From contig JAYTOU010000057.1 of the NCBI GenBank assembly GCA_043747615.1, positions 32,001 to 96,000 of the forward strand: a stretch of DNA of 64,000 nt, read 5' to 3'. Under the pieces are notes generated by a model that was given only the letters and a program-made list of their open reading frames with translations, had not been told where the DNA came from and ran no database searches. Position numbers and translations under genes: made by a program. Below, one piece after another: positions 28,027 through 38,245 of the stretch; the stretch's first letter is position 1; each line of letters starts with the position of its first letter. The DNA comes from Myxococcales bacterium (GTDB taxonomy: Bacteria; Myxococcota_A; Polyangia; Polyangiales; Polyangiaceae).

Positions 28027-30789
28027 CTAGGCCGTCGAGGTTGGGCCACTCGCGAGGTTCTTTGAGAGCGCCGCCTGCGACGCTGCGAGGCGCGCGATCG
28101 GGACTCTGAACGGTGAGCAGCTTACGTAGTCGAGACCCGCGGCGCTGAAGAACTGGACGCTCGCCGGATCGCCCCCGTGCTCGCCGCAGACGCCGAGCTT
28201 GATCTTTGGACGCGTCTTTTTGCCGCGCTCGACGGCCATGCTCACCAGAGCCCCCACCCCAGCTTGATCGAGGGAAACGAAGGGATCTTTCGCGAGTAGG
28301 CCGGTCTCCACGTAGGTCGGCAGGAACTTGCCGGCATCGTCGCGCGAGAGTCCCATAGTGCACTGCGTAAGATCGTTGGTGCCGAACGAGAAGAACTCGG
28401 CCTCCAGCGCGAGCTCGCCCGCCATGAGCGCCGCGCGCGGAAGCTCGATCATCGTCCCGAACATGAAGGGAACCTTTGGACCTTCGCCGAAGACCTCGCC
28501 GGCCACCTTGTCCACGATCTCGCGCATGCGAACGAGCTCGCCGTTGGTCATCGCCAAAGGGATCATGATCTCCGGGAAAATTTCGAGACCTTCTTGGGTG
28601 ACGGTTTGCGCGGCTTCGAGGATTGCGCGCACCTGCATCTCGTAGATCTCGGGATAGGTGATCGCTAGGCGGCAGCCGCGATGCCCGAGCATCGGATTGG
28701 TCTCGTGAAGATCCTTCAAGCGGGCCTCGAGCTTCGCGACGGACACGCCCATCGCCTCCGAGAGGTGCTCGATCTGCTTCTTTTCGTTCGGCAAGAACTC
28801 GTGGAGCGGGGGATCGAGCAAGCGAATCGTCACCGGCAGGCCACGCATCTCCCGAAAAATTCCCGCGAAATCTTCGCGCTGGTACGGCAGGAGCTTGGCG
28901 AGGGCGCGCTCGCGTTGCTTCACGTCGTCGGAAAGAATCATCTCGCGCATCGCTGCGATCCGATCCTCGTCGAAGAACATGTGCTCGGTCCGGCAGAGGC
29001 CGATCCCCTCGGCGCCGAAGCTGCGAGCCGTTCGCGCATCGAGCGGAGTATCGGCGTTGGCCCGCACCTTCATCACGCGCGCAGCATCAGCCCAACTCAT
29101 GAGCTCGGCGAACTCTCCCGAGAGCTCGGCCGGAACGGTGGAGACCGCGCCCTCGTAGATGCGCCCCGTCCCTCCGTCGAGGGTGATGATGTCCCCTTTT
29201 TTCAGGGTGATCGTCTCCGTCGGCTTGTCGTCCTCGTACACGGAGATGGTCATGGTCTGCTGCGCGTAGTTGACGCTGATCGCTGAGCAGCCGGCAATGC
29301 ACGGCTTTCCCATGCCGCGCGCGACGACGGCCGCGTGGCTCGTCATCCCTCCGCGGGCAGTCACGATCCCGCGTGCAGCCATCATTCCGTGGATGTCCTC
29401 GGGCGAGGTCTCGATGCGCACGAGAATGACCGGCTTGCCCTGACCCGCACGCTTCTCCGCTTCGTCGGCGTTGAAGACGATGTGACCGGAGGCCGCGCCG
29501 GGGCTGGCGGCGAGACCGCGTGCAAGCTGCTTCTTCGGCGCCGTGGGGTCGAGCGTGGGATGAAGAAGCTGATCGAGCGCGCCTGGGTCGACGCGGAGGA
29601 CCGCCTCTTCCTTCGTAATGAGCTTCTCGTTCACCATGCTCACCGCGACGCGAATGGCCGCGCGGCTGGTGCGCTTTCCCGAGCGACACTGGAGCATGTA
29701 AAGCTTGCCGCTCTGAATGGTGAACTCGAGATCCTGCATGTCGCGAAAGTGAGCCTCGAGCTTCTGACAGATCGCGCTGAGCGCCGTGTAGGCCTCGGGC
29801 ATGCGCGTCTGCAGCGAGTCGGGATGCTTCTCACCGGGCCGCGCCGGATCGTCTTCCATCGGGAACGGCGTGCGGATTCCGGCGACGACGTCTTCGCCTT
29901 GGGCGTTGGGCAGCCACTCACCAAACAGCCTTTTTTCTCCGGTGGAAGGGTTACGCGTGAAGGCCACGCCTGTCGCGCTCGTGTCTCCCAGGTTGCCGAA
30001 GACCATCGCCTGGATGGTGCAGGCCGTGCCCCATTCGTCGGGGATGTCGTTCATGCGGCGGTAGATGAAGGCGCGGTGGTTGTTCCACGATCGGAACACG
30101 GCTTCGATCGCACCGGTGAGCTGCGCGCGCGGATCGGAGGGGAAGTCTTTCCCCGTTTCCTTCTTCACGATCTCCTTGAACATCGAAGCGAGCGCCCGCA
30201 AATCCTCTGCCGGAAACTCGGAGTCCGGAACCTTTCGCTTGAGCTCTTCGCCGTTCATGCGGGTGGCGTCGATGCCCATGGCCTTGGCGGTCTTCGTCCG
30301 CACCTCCTCGAGCGCGTGCTCGAACAGCTCTTTTTTCACGCCGAGCGCGACGTCGGCGTACATGGCGATGAAGCGCCGGTACGCGTCATAAGCAAAGCGC
30401 GGGTTCGACGTGCGCGCCGCCAGCCCTTCGGCCGTCGCATCGTTCAACCCGAGGTTGAGGATCGTATCCATCATGCCGGGCATCGACGCGCGCGCGCCCG
30501 ACCGTACGCTCACGAGGAGCGGATTCTTCGGGTCGCCAAAGGTCATCCCGAGGCTCTTCTCCACGCGGGCAAGAGCCTCCGTCACTTCCGCAGCGACGCT
30601 TTCCGGTAGAGCCGCACCCGCTTTGAGAAAGTCGATCGACACCGCCGTCGCGATCGTGAATCCCGGCGGCACTGGCAAACCGAGCTTCGTCATCTCGGCG
30701 AGGCCGGCCCCTTTTCCTCCGAGGAGATCCTTCCGCTTGGGGTCGCCCTCGGCCTGGCCGTCGCCGAAAAAGAATACGCTCTTGGACAT
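28027..30789 (-). CDS. ppdK: Pyruvate, phosphate dikinase
   Basis: LLGGKGA, SVRSGARASMPGMMDT, GGMTSHAAVVARG, GLCRTEHMF and CGEHGG motifs. Confidence 0.97.
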   Translation of the reverse strand: MSKSVFFFGDGQAEGDPKRKDLLGGKGAGLAEMTKLGLPVPPGFTIATAVSIDFLKAGAALPESVAAEVTEALARVEKSLGMTFGDPKNPLLVSVRSGARASMPGMMDTILNLGLNDATAEGLAARTSNPRFAYDAYRRFIAMYADVALGVKKELFEHALEEVRTKTAKAMGIDATRMNGEELKRKVPDSEFPAEDLRALASMFKEIVKKETGKDFPSDPRAQLTGAIEAVFRSWNNHRAFIYRRMNDIPDEWGTACTIQAMVFGNLGDTSATGVAFTRNPSTGEKRLFGEWLPNAQGEDVVAGIRTPFPMEDDPARPGEKHPDSLQTRMPEAYTALSAICQKLEAHFRDMQDLEFTIQSGKLYMLQCRSGKRTSRAAIRVAVSMVNEKLITKEEAVLRVDPGALDQLLHPTLDPTAPKKQLARGLAASPGAASGHIVFNADEAEKRAGQGKPVILVRIETSPEDIHGMMAARGIVTARGGMTSHAAVVARGMGKPCIAGCSAISVNYAQQTMTISVYEDDKPTETITLKKGDIITLDGGTGRIYEGAVSTVPAELSGEFAELMSWADAARVMKVRANADTPLDARTARSFGAEGIGLCRTEHMFFDEDRIAAMREMILSDDVKQRERALAKLLPYQREDFAGIFREMRGLPVTIRLLDPPLHEFLPNEKKQIEHLSEAMGVSVAKLEARLKDLHETNPMLGHRGCRLAITYPEIYEMQVRAILEAAQTVTQEGLEIFPEIMIPLAMTNGELVRMREIVDKVAGEVFGEGPKVPFMFGTMIELPRAALMAGELALEAEFFSFGTNDLTQCTMGLSRDDAGKFLPTYVETGLLAKDPFVSLDQAGVGALVSMAVERGKKTRPKIKLGVCGEHGGDPASVQFFSAAGLDYVSCSPFRVPIARLAASQAALSKNLASGPTSTA

Positions 30790-30830
30790 TCAGCCTTCTT
30801 AGACTGGAGGAAGCGCGCGGCCAAGCGTGC

Positions 30831-32984
30831 TTAGCCTAGGCGGGAAAAGTCGGCGATCCGCAGCATGCACTCCGCTCCGTAGGAGAGCAGCTCGAGGCGC
30901 TTCGGCGTGAGCGGATCATTCGGATCGTTTACGAGCGTCTTCACGAAAATTTCTTCGAGCTTGTCCACCACCGCGGGCGTGTTCTCGATGGCCTCGGCGA
31001 CATGTTTGGTCGACTCGAGATCCTGGGTGAAGCCGTCGATCTTCGTCACCAGATCGACGAAGACCTGGTTCTTCTCGCGATCGGAGTCGAAGGCCTCGAT
31101 GCGGTGAAAGATTGGCTTCGCCGTTTTGCTGATTCCGGAGAGGCGCTTGGCGACGGTCCGTGCATTCTGCAACTTTCCCAGCGCGGCGTGGAGTCCTTGT
31201 GCTTTCCACAGCGCGTATGCGGGGTAGCTCACGACGCTGGAGCGTTTCGCTTCCACGTACGCGTAGCCACCGAGGACGGCCTCGGCCACCGCGGGGCTGG
31301 TTTTTGCGGCGAGAAGCCCGCGAAAGCGCTCCGCCGCGAACTCTTCGATCTTCTTCACCGTGTCCTCGAGAGACAGATCGAGCTTCTTTCCTTCGAAGCC
31401 CGCGTAGGCCGCGCGAACGAGCTCGTCCCAGGAGAGGCGCGCATACGCGGGATCCTTCGTGGCGCCGATGTCCATGAGGGTCCGGAGCGCGGCGATGCAC
31501 GCGCGGCGAAGGGCGTAGGGATCGGCGCTGCCGGTCGGACTGAGCCCCACCGCGAAGCAGCCAACGAGGGTATCGAAGCGATCGGCGAGAGCGATGACAG
31601 CGGAGACTCCGGGCTTCGCCACGTCGTCCGACGCACCGAGGGGCGCGTAGTGATCGCGAATGGCGAGCGCCACCTCCTTTGGCTCGCCGGCGCCGAGCGC
31701 GTACGCGTACCCCATCTGACCTTGCAGCTCCGGAAACTCTCCGACCATCAACGAGACGAGATCGGACTTGCAGAGGCGCGCGGCACGCTCGCTCATAACC
31801 GGATCGGCATTGACCTTCGGTGCGATGAATCGAGCTAGTTTCTCGAGGCGCACGACCTTTTCGCGGACCGTTCCGAGACGCACGTGAAAGACGATCCCTT
31901 CGAGCTTCTCGACACGAGAGTCGAGCTTGGCCTTCTTGTCTTCTTCGAAGAAGAAGCGGGCGTCGGCGAGGCGAGCGCGCATCACGCGATCGTTTCCCTT
32001 GGCGACCTTGGCCGGATCGTTGGCGGTGTTCGCCACCGTCAAGTAATGGGGCAAGAGGACGTCGTCGGTCTCGCCGGCCTTGTGCACGCAGAAATATTTC
32101 TGGTGACCGCGGGCCACCGCGCGAATGACCGAGGCGGGGAGTGCGAGAAATTCTTTTTCGAAGCTCCCGAGGACCACGTGCGGCTCTTCGACGAGCGACG
32201 CGTTCTCGACGACTAGGTTGGGATCCGGATCGTGCGTCCCTCCCGCTTCGACGGCAGCGCTCGTCACCCGTTCCATCATCGTGCGCGTTCGCTCGTCGCG
32301 ATCGACGAGGACGTGCGCGGCGCGGAGCTGCTCCACGTACGTCCCCGCGTCCTTTACAGCGAACGGCGCCGGCGAGAGAAAGCGATGCCCGCGCGTCACA
32401 TTTCCGCTTTTAATACCGGCAAACGAGGTGTCGATGACTTCGCCGTCGAGCAGGGCGACGAGCCATTGCACCGGCCGACCGAAGGTCACGTCGAGAGAGC
32501 CCCAGCGCATGGACTTGCGGAAGGGGATGGAGGGAATGATCTCGGCGATCGCAGCGCCGAGGAGATCGCGTGCCGCCTTGCCCTTTTCGATGCGCCGCCC
32601 GACGACGTAGCGCCCGGCCTTCTGCTTGCCGGCGGCGTCCTTGGCGACCACGCTGAGCGCATCGACAGCGCATCCGAGCTTCTGAGCGAATGCTTCGGCG
32701 GCCTTCGTGGGCACGCCCTCTTTGTAAGCGGCCCCTTCGGGCGGGCCGACCACTTCTTCGTCCACGTCGCTCTGTCCAGCAGCGAGACCGCTCACCGTTA
32801 CCGCCAGGCGACGCGGCGTTCCGTAGGCTTTGACCTCGCCGTGAGGGAGCCGGAGGTTCGCAAGCTTCGCCTCGAATAGCGCGGGAAGGGCCGTGAGCGC
32901 AGCCTCCACGTACGATGACGGAAGCTCCTCCACGCCGATTTCGAGGAGGAGCGACGGCGTGTTCGAGACGTCTGTGGTTGCCAT
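30831..32984 (-). CDS. glyS: Glycine--tRNA ligase beta subunit
   Basis: LLLEIGVEELP, TPRRLAV, KSMRWG, ARLADARFF, EFPELQG and GSADPYALRR motifs. Confidence 0.95.
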   Translation of the reverse strand: MATTDVSNTPSLLLEIGVEELPSSYVEAALTALPALFEAKLANLRLPHGEVKAYGTPRRLAVTVSGLAAGQSDVDEEVVGPPEGAAYKEGVPTKAAEAFAQKLGCAVDALSVVAKDAAGKQKAGRYVVGRRIEKGKAARDLLGAAIAEIIPSIPFRKSMRWGSLDVTFGRPVQWLVALLDGEVIDTSFAGIKSGNVTRGHRFLSPAPFAVKDAGTYVEQLRAAHVLVDRDERTRTMMERVTSAAVEAGGTHDPDPNLVVENASLVEEPHVVLGSFEKEFLALPASVIRAVARGHQKYFCVHKAGETDDVLLPHYLTVANTANDPAKVAKGNDRVMRARLADARFFFEEDKKAKLDSRVEKLEGIVFHVRLGTVREKVVRLEKLARFIAPKVNADPVMSERAARLCKSDLVSLMVGEFPELQGQMGYAYALGAGEPKEVALAIRDHYAPLGASDDVAKPGVSAVIALADRFDTLVGCFAVGLSPTGSADPYALRRACIAALRTLMDIGATKDPAYARLSWDELVRAAYAGFEGKKLDLSLEDTVKKIEEFAAERFRGLLAAKTSPAVAEAVLGGYAYVEAKRSSVVSYPAYALWKAQGLHAALGKLQNARTVAKRLSGISKTAKPIFHRIEAFDSDREKNQVFVDLVTKIDGFTQDLESTKHVAEAIENTPAVVDKLEEIFVKTLVNDPNDPLTPKRLELLSYGAECMLRIADFSRLG

Positions 32985-33064
32985 GAAGGATGGCAAAGTT
33001 AATACTCCTTCCGTGCTCCGAGAAACACAGCGAACGGCATCGCGAGCCGAGCCGCGCGCCTGAC

Positions 33065-34123
33065 ATGGCAAAACCGAAAACGGAGACGACGGGCCACGCG
33101 ACCGATCGGCACATCGACGGCGGACCGCAGGGCGACGACGCGCGCTTCGATCGCAGCCTCCGCCCGCAGACATTCGCCGATTACATCGGGCAGACGCGCC
33201 ACAAGGAGAATCTGGCTGTCTTCGTCGAGGCGGCGCGGGGAAGGGGCGAGCCGCTCGACCACCTTCTTTTGTGCGGTCCGCCGGGCCTCGGCAAGACCAC
33301 GCTCGCTCAGATCTTGGCGCACGAAATGGGCGTTCAGCTCCACATGACGAATGGGCCCGTCGTAGAGCACAAGGGAGCGCTCGCGGGGCTCCTCACGAAG
33401 CTCGGCCCGAACGACATTCTCTTCATCGACGAGATACATCGTCTGAATCCGGTGGTGGAGGAGAGTCTCTATCCGGCGATGGAGGATTTCCGAATCGACG
33501 TGATGACCGGCGAAGGGGCGTTTGCGAGCGCCATCCAGATCGCCGTTCAGCCCTTCACCCTCGTCGGAGCGACGACGCGCACTGGGCTCCTCACGGCCCC
33601 GCTTTTTTCTCGGTTCGGGCACATCATCCGCCTCGATTTTTATCCGGTCGACGAGCTCTCGCGCATCGTTGCCCGAAGCGCGCGTCTGCTCGCGGTTCCG
33701 ATCGAGCCTGCAGCTTGCGACGAGATCGCCCGGCGCTCGCGGGGGACTCCTCGCATTGCCAACCGCCTCCTCCGCCGCGTTCGCGATTTCGCGCAAGTGC
33801 TCGGTACTGGAGAGATCGATCTCAAGATGGTGATCGGTGCGTGCGCGCGACTCGAGATCGACTCGGCCGGCTTCGACGAGATGGATCGGAAGCTCCTCCG
33901 CGTGATCATCGACGATTACGAGGGGGGCCCGGTGGGCGTCGAGACGCTTGCGGCTGCGATCGGCGAGCCGCGCGACACCATCGAGGACGTCTACGAGCCG
34001 TTCTTACTTCAGCAGGGGTTTCTCGGGCGAACACCGCGCGGACGGGTGGCAACCAAGAAGGCTTTCGAGCATCTTGGCCTCAAGCCGCCCACGAAAAAAG
34101 AGCCCGATCCGACGCTGTTCTGA
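33065..34123 (+). CDS. ruvB: Holliday junction branch-migration ATPase RuvB
   Basis: [46 protein letters not shown] and RTPRGR motifs. Confidence 0.97.
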   Translation: MAKPKTETTGHATDRHIDGGPQGDDARFDRSLRPQTFADYIGQTRHKENLAVFVEAARGRGEPLDHLLLCGPPGLGKTTLAQILAHEMGVQLHMTNGPVVEHKGALAGLLTKLGPNDILFIDEIHRLNPVVEESLYPAMEDFRIDVMTGEGAFASAIQIAVQPFTLVGATTRTGLLTAPLFSRFGHIIRLDFYPVDELSRIVARSARLLAVPIEPAACDEIARRSRGTPRIANRLLRRVRDFAQVLGTGEIDLKMVIGACARLEIDSAGFDEMDRKLLRVIIDDYEGGPVGVETLAAAIGEPRDTIEDVYEPFLLQQGFLGRTPRGRVATKKAFEHLGLKPPTKKEPDPTLF

Positions 34124-34142
34124 GCGCTCATTGATTCTCGGG

Positions 34143-34193
34143 GGTGCGTAGACCATGACCGCACACTACGCGCCGATCGCGCTAACGTTTTTT
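34143..34193 (+). terminator. Possible stem-loop terminator between convergent genes
   Basis: GGTGCGTAG/CTACGCGCC stem (34143-34174) with a T-run about 14 nt downstream. Confidence 0.3.
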
Positions 34194-34216
34194 GCACGAC
34201 TCGCGCAGACGCCCGC

Positions 34217-34802
34217 TCACTTCTCGGCGCAGTTCTCGAGCCGGATTTCGGCGGTGCCCAGGCATGTTCGCGCATTTTGCGCGGCGAAGAGATGCGGGCA
34301 GGTGAGCGTCACCCAGAGACGACCGGCCAAGACCCCCATCGGTGCGCCCGCCGTGTAGTCGGCGGTGCAGTCATTTTCTTGGAAGTTGCCGACCAGCCCG
34401 CGGGCTGAAAGCGGCGTACACGTTCGTTTGCTTGCCCGTCGGCGTGAAATGCCCGCGGAGGACGACGGCGCCCTGGCCAGCCAAGGACACGCTCGCGTCG
34501 ACCGCGAAGCCATCGCCGTCCGGTTTGACGGTGCACGAGACGCTCACCATCGAGCCGGCTTGGCTCTGGCCGTCGTCGACCGGGTGCGCGCTGTCGCCGA
34601 TGGTGGCCCAGTCTTGCATGTTCACCTGGCACTTGGATGCGTCGTTGACGCCGACCTCGGTCCCCGGCCCAAATTGCGAGGATAGGGCGGTGCGCGCAGG
34701 CGTTCTCGAAGAGCCGGCGTCTGCCGTCGCGACGGGCGCCGGGGTGCTCGAGCAGGCGACGAAGAGAGCGGAGCTCGCGACAAGCGCAACTAAGGATCGC
34801 AT
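34217..34802 (-). pseudogene. Frameshifted Cys-containing lipoprotein
   Basis: Lipobox LFVAC ORF (34802-34371) continues protein-like in another frame (RGLVGNFQENDC…IRLENCAEK*, ending 34217); junction near 34400-34405. Confidence 0.65.
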
Positions 34803-34873
34803 CTTCGATGGGAGCCTAGGCCCGATTCCCCCAGGGTGACAGGGGAGCTTTTACCTCGTAAACTCTTGGTATC

Positions 34874-36931
34874 TTGGGGATAGGTCCCGTTCTAGTCGTC
34901 GACGACGATACCGTGAGCCGACACGTGCTGTGTCAGGCCCTCGCACAGGCCGACCTTTCGCACGTGGCGGTAGGCTCAGGCACCGAGGCGCTGAAGGAGA
35001 TCGAAAAGATCCATCCGTCGATCGTCGTGCTCGATCTAGTTATGCCCGCGCCAGACGGTTACCAGGTGCTGCGCATTCTGCGGGCCCGCGCGGAGACCAG
35101 AGATTTACCGGTGGTCGTGCTCACGGCGCTCGACGCAGACAACGAGATCGCGCGCGCCTTCGAGTCGGGCGCAGACGACTTCGTACGAAAGCCGTTCAAG
35201 CCCGTAGAGCTCGTCGCCCGCATTCGAGGCCAGCTACGCCTTCGCGGCGTGATGGACGAGCTCGCGAAGAAAGAGAAGGACGCGCAGGTCGTCCTCGAGC
35301 TCACCCAAGCGCTCGCGTCGAACCTCGATTTCCGAGGCATCCTCTTCACCGTCGTGCAGCGCATTGCCGAGGTGGCGAAGGTCGATCGGGTGTCCATCGT
35401 GCTCGTGCGCGAGCAAGGGGACGTGGGCTACGTGGTCGCGGCCTCCGACGACGAGCAGCTCCGCGATCTCCCGATCGATCTCGCGAAGTACCCTGAAATC
35501 CAGCAGGTTCTCACCACGGGCAAGCCGCTTGTCATCGCCGACGCGGCGACCCATCAGCTCCTCGAGATCGTTCGCGCCCATGTTCACGCGCGGACCTTCA
35601 GCTCGCTCGCCATCTTGCCGATCCTCTACGAGGGCAAGCCGATGGGTGTTCTCTTCCTACGCGCGAAGCACACCTTCGCCTTCGGGGATCACGAGCTCGC
35701 GCTCTGCAAGACCGTCTCGAACGCCATGGCGATCGCTCTCCGAAACGCGCGCGTTCTTCAGACCCTCCGCGATCAGACCCAGCAGGTGACCGTGGCCCGG
35801 TTCGAGGCGGAACGGCGGATGCGCTCCCTCCAGCGGTACGCGGACTTTTTCGAGAGATCCGCCGACGGCATCGTGGTCATCGACGCCGAGGGCCGGCTGC
35901 TGTTTTCGAATCCCAAGGCGCGCGAAATCACCGGCTACACCGAGGTCGATTTTCGCGGGCGCAGACTCGGCGATCTCTTTGCGAGTGAAGACGCTTCGCG
36001 TGCGCGAGAGCTCCGGGAGGATTTTGCGCAGAACCGTTTTCCGCGCGGCGTCGACATTCGCGTCAAGCGCAAGGACGGACAACCCGTCACCTTGAGCATC
36101 AACACCAACTCCGTCCTTCGCGAAGAGGGCGTCGTTCTGTGCACTTTCCGGGACGTGACCGCGGAGCGCGCGCTCGAGGCCGACCTCGTAAAGACACGTA
36201 CATTTCTCCAGCGCGTCATCGATTCGTCAGTCGACGCGATTATCAGTGCGGACATGTCGGGGCGGGTCCTCATTTTCAATCACGCCGCCGAGCGTATTTA
36301 CGGACGGTCCGCGGCCGAGACCCTCGGTGCCGACGTGCAGGCCCTGTACCCGCCGGGAGTCGCCAAACAGATCATGAGACTGATTCGCGCGGGCGGCGGC
36401 AGGATCGAAGGGCTGAAGACAGACGTGCTCGACGCGAACGGGGAGCGCTTCCCGGTCTCGCTCTCCGCCGCTCTCCTCTACGACGGAGAGGCGCCGGTCG
36501 GCTCGGTCGGGATCTTCACCGACCTCCGCGAAAAGGTGCGGATGGAACAGCGCCTCGCGCAGGCCCAGGAGCAGATCCTCGCTCAGGAGAGGCAGGCCAT
36601 CGTCGCCGAGCTCGCCGGCGCCGCCGCCCACGAGCTCAACCAACCGCTCACGAGCGTGATGGGATACGCCGAGCTCCTCAAGCGCCGTCTCGAGCCCGAT
36701 GCGCCCGCGTTCGGCGCAGCCGAGATCATCTTCAACGAAGCGCAGCGCATGGCCGAGATCGTTCGCAAGATCGGAAAAATCACCAAGTACGAGACCAAAG
36801 TGTACGTCGGGCAAGCGCGCATCCTCGACCTCGACAAAGCGAGCGACGAATCGAAAGGCCGCGCGGCGAATGAGCGCGGTGATGAGCCCCCTTCTTCGAA
36901 AACGGTCGGCGGAAACGGCGGGGTTACCTAA
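34874..36931 (+). CDS. REC-GAF-PAS-PAS-HisKA signalling protein lacking the HATPase domain
   Basis: Receiver motifs VVDDD/DLVMP/KPF; GAF; two PAS domains; H-box AHELNQPL followed by a stop with no N/G boxes. Confidence 0.85.
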   Translation: MGIGPVLVVDDDTVSRHVLCQALAQADLSHVAVGSGTEALKEIEKIHPSIVVLDLVMPAPDGYQVLRILRARAETRDLPVVVLTALDADNEIARAFESGADDFVRKPFKPVELVARIRGQLRLRGVMDELAKKEKDAQVVLELTQALASNLDFRGILFTVVQRIAEVAKVDRVSIVLVREQGDVGYVVAASDDEQLRDLPIDLAKYPEIQQVLTTGKPLVIADAATHQLLEIVRAHVHARTFSSLAILPILYEGKPMGVLFLRAKHTFAFGDHELALCKTVSNAMAIALRNARVLQTLRDQTQQVTVARFEAERRMRSLQRYADFFERSADGIVVIDAEGRLLFSNPKAREITGYTEVDFRGRRLGDLFASEDASRARELREDFAQNRFPRGVDIRVKRKDGQPVTLSINTNSVLREEGVVLCTFRDVTAERALEADLVKTRTFLQRVIDSSVDAIISADMSGRVLIFNHAAERIYGRSAAETLGADVQALYPPGVAKQIMRLIRAGGGRIEGLKTDVLDANGERFPVSLSAALLYDGEAPVGSVGIFTDLREKVRMEQRLAQAQEQILAQERQAIVAELAGAAAHELNQPLTSVMGYAELLKRRLEPDAPAFGAAEIIFNEAQRMAEIVRKIGKITKYETKVYVGQARILDLDKASDESKGRAANERGDEPPSSKTVGGNGGVT

Positions 36932-36933
36932 AG

Positions 36934-38238
36934 ATGCCTCGGAAGAAACGAGAGTCGATTCCCGAGCCAGCGACGGCGCCGCCGCTCTCCCATACCCAGG
37001 AGCGCGTGCGGGTCACCACCTCCCAAGTCGCCGCGGGCCTTGCGCCGGCATCCCACGACGACGCCGTCACCGCGGTCAACGTGTCGCACGTTCCGGAGCT
37101 TCCCGCGGCGTGGCTCGAGCGCCTGCTAACCCTCACCGGCGAGCTGCCCGTCGCCGAAGGCGAAGATAGCGTGGTGCGCGCGGTCGTCGATGCCCTCGCC
37201 GGGATCTTGCCGCTCGCCGGAATTGGCGTCTGCTTCGTACGGGCTCCGGGCGCGCGGCAGCAGCTCATTCGCCGTCATCCGCTCTTGGGGAACCCGAACA
37301 TTTCCTCCACCCCCGATCGCCTTTTTCCCGGCTTCGCGCACGAGCGGACGGTGGCCATCGCTGGTGACTCTTCGGGGTCGACGCTGCACGTGGCTTCCGA
37401 CGATGCATCGATCCTCGATCACGGCTCATCGATCGGACCCCTCCTTCGCAAGGCCGGAATGGTCCTGCGCCGCGGTCTCGAGCACGCCCGTCTGCACGCG
37501 CAGATCAAGGGCGCCGAGGGGGAAGTCGCCACGCTCAACTCGCAGATGGTGCAGGCCGAGAAGCTCGCTTCGCTCGGGCAAATCGCGGCTGGCATGGTTC
37601 ACGAGCTCAACAACCCGCTCACGTCGATCGTCGCCTACACGGATTTCCTTACCAAGCGCTGGCTCGCGAAACGCGAGGCAAGTGAGCCCGACGAGCTCGA
37701 ACGCCTTCGCCGTATCGGAGAGTCCGCGCATCGCCTCCTGCGCTTCACGCGCGATCTCGTCACCTACGCCCGCCCCTCCGGCGGAAAGCCGATCCCCGTC
37801 GCTCTTCACGGCGTCATCGATCAAGCGGTTCTTTTCTGCGAGCACGTGGTCCTCGAGGCCAAGGCGAAGATCGAGCGCCAGTACGTCGAGGGAATGGCGC
37901 CGATTCGCGCGCTCCCCGAGCAGCTCACCCAGGTGTTCGTGAACCTCATCACCAACGCTTGCCACGCCGTCAGCGAAGGAGGCGTCATCCGCATTACCAC
38001 CGAGCTCGATGGCGAATCGTTCGTGCGGGTGATCGTCGCCGACACCGGTCACGGCATCGCCGCGCAAAACCTGACCCGCGTCTTCGATCCCTTCTTCACC
38101 ACGAAGGGCGAGGGAAGGGGAACGGGCCTCGGGCTATCGATCGTGAAGAGCATCGTCGAGCACCATAACGGCCAAATTTGGGCTGAAAGTGAAGCGCAAC
38201 AGGGTGCGCGTTTTATTCTCGTCTTGCCGGTTCGGTGA
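36934..38238 (+). CDS. Sensor histidine kinase (NtrB-like HisKA plus HATPase)
   Basis: HELNNPL, QVFVNLITNA, DTGHGI, FDPFFTTK and GTGLGLSI motifs. Confidence 0.93.
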   Translation: MPRKKRESIPEPATAPPLSHTQERVRVTTSQVAAGLAPASHDDAVTAVNVSHVPELPAAWLERLLTLTGELPVAEGEDSVVRAVVDALAGILPLAGIGVCFVRAPGARQQLIRRHPLLGNPNISSTPDRLFPGFAHERTVAIAGDSSGSTLHVASDDASILDHGSSIGPLLRKAGMVLRRGLEHARLHAQIKGAEGEVATLNSQMVQAEKLASLGQIAAGMVHELNNPLTSIVAYTDFLTKRWLAKREASEPDELERLRRIGESAHRLLRFTRDLVTYARPSGGKPIPVALHGVIDQAVLFCEHVVLEAKAKIERQYVEGMAPIRALPEQLTQVFVNLITNACHAVSEGGVIRITTELDGESFVRVIVADTGHGIAAQNLTRVFDPFFTTKGEGRGTGLGLSIVKSIVEHHNGQIWAESEAQQGARFILVLPVR

Positions 38239-38245
38239 GCCGGGC

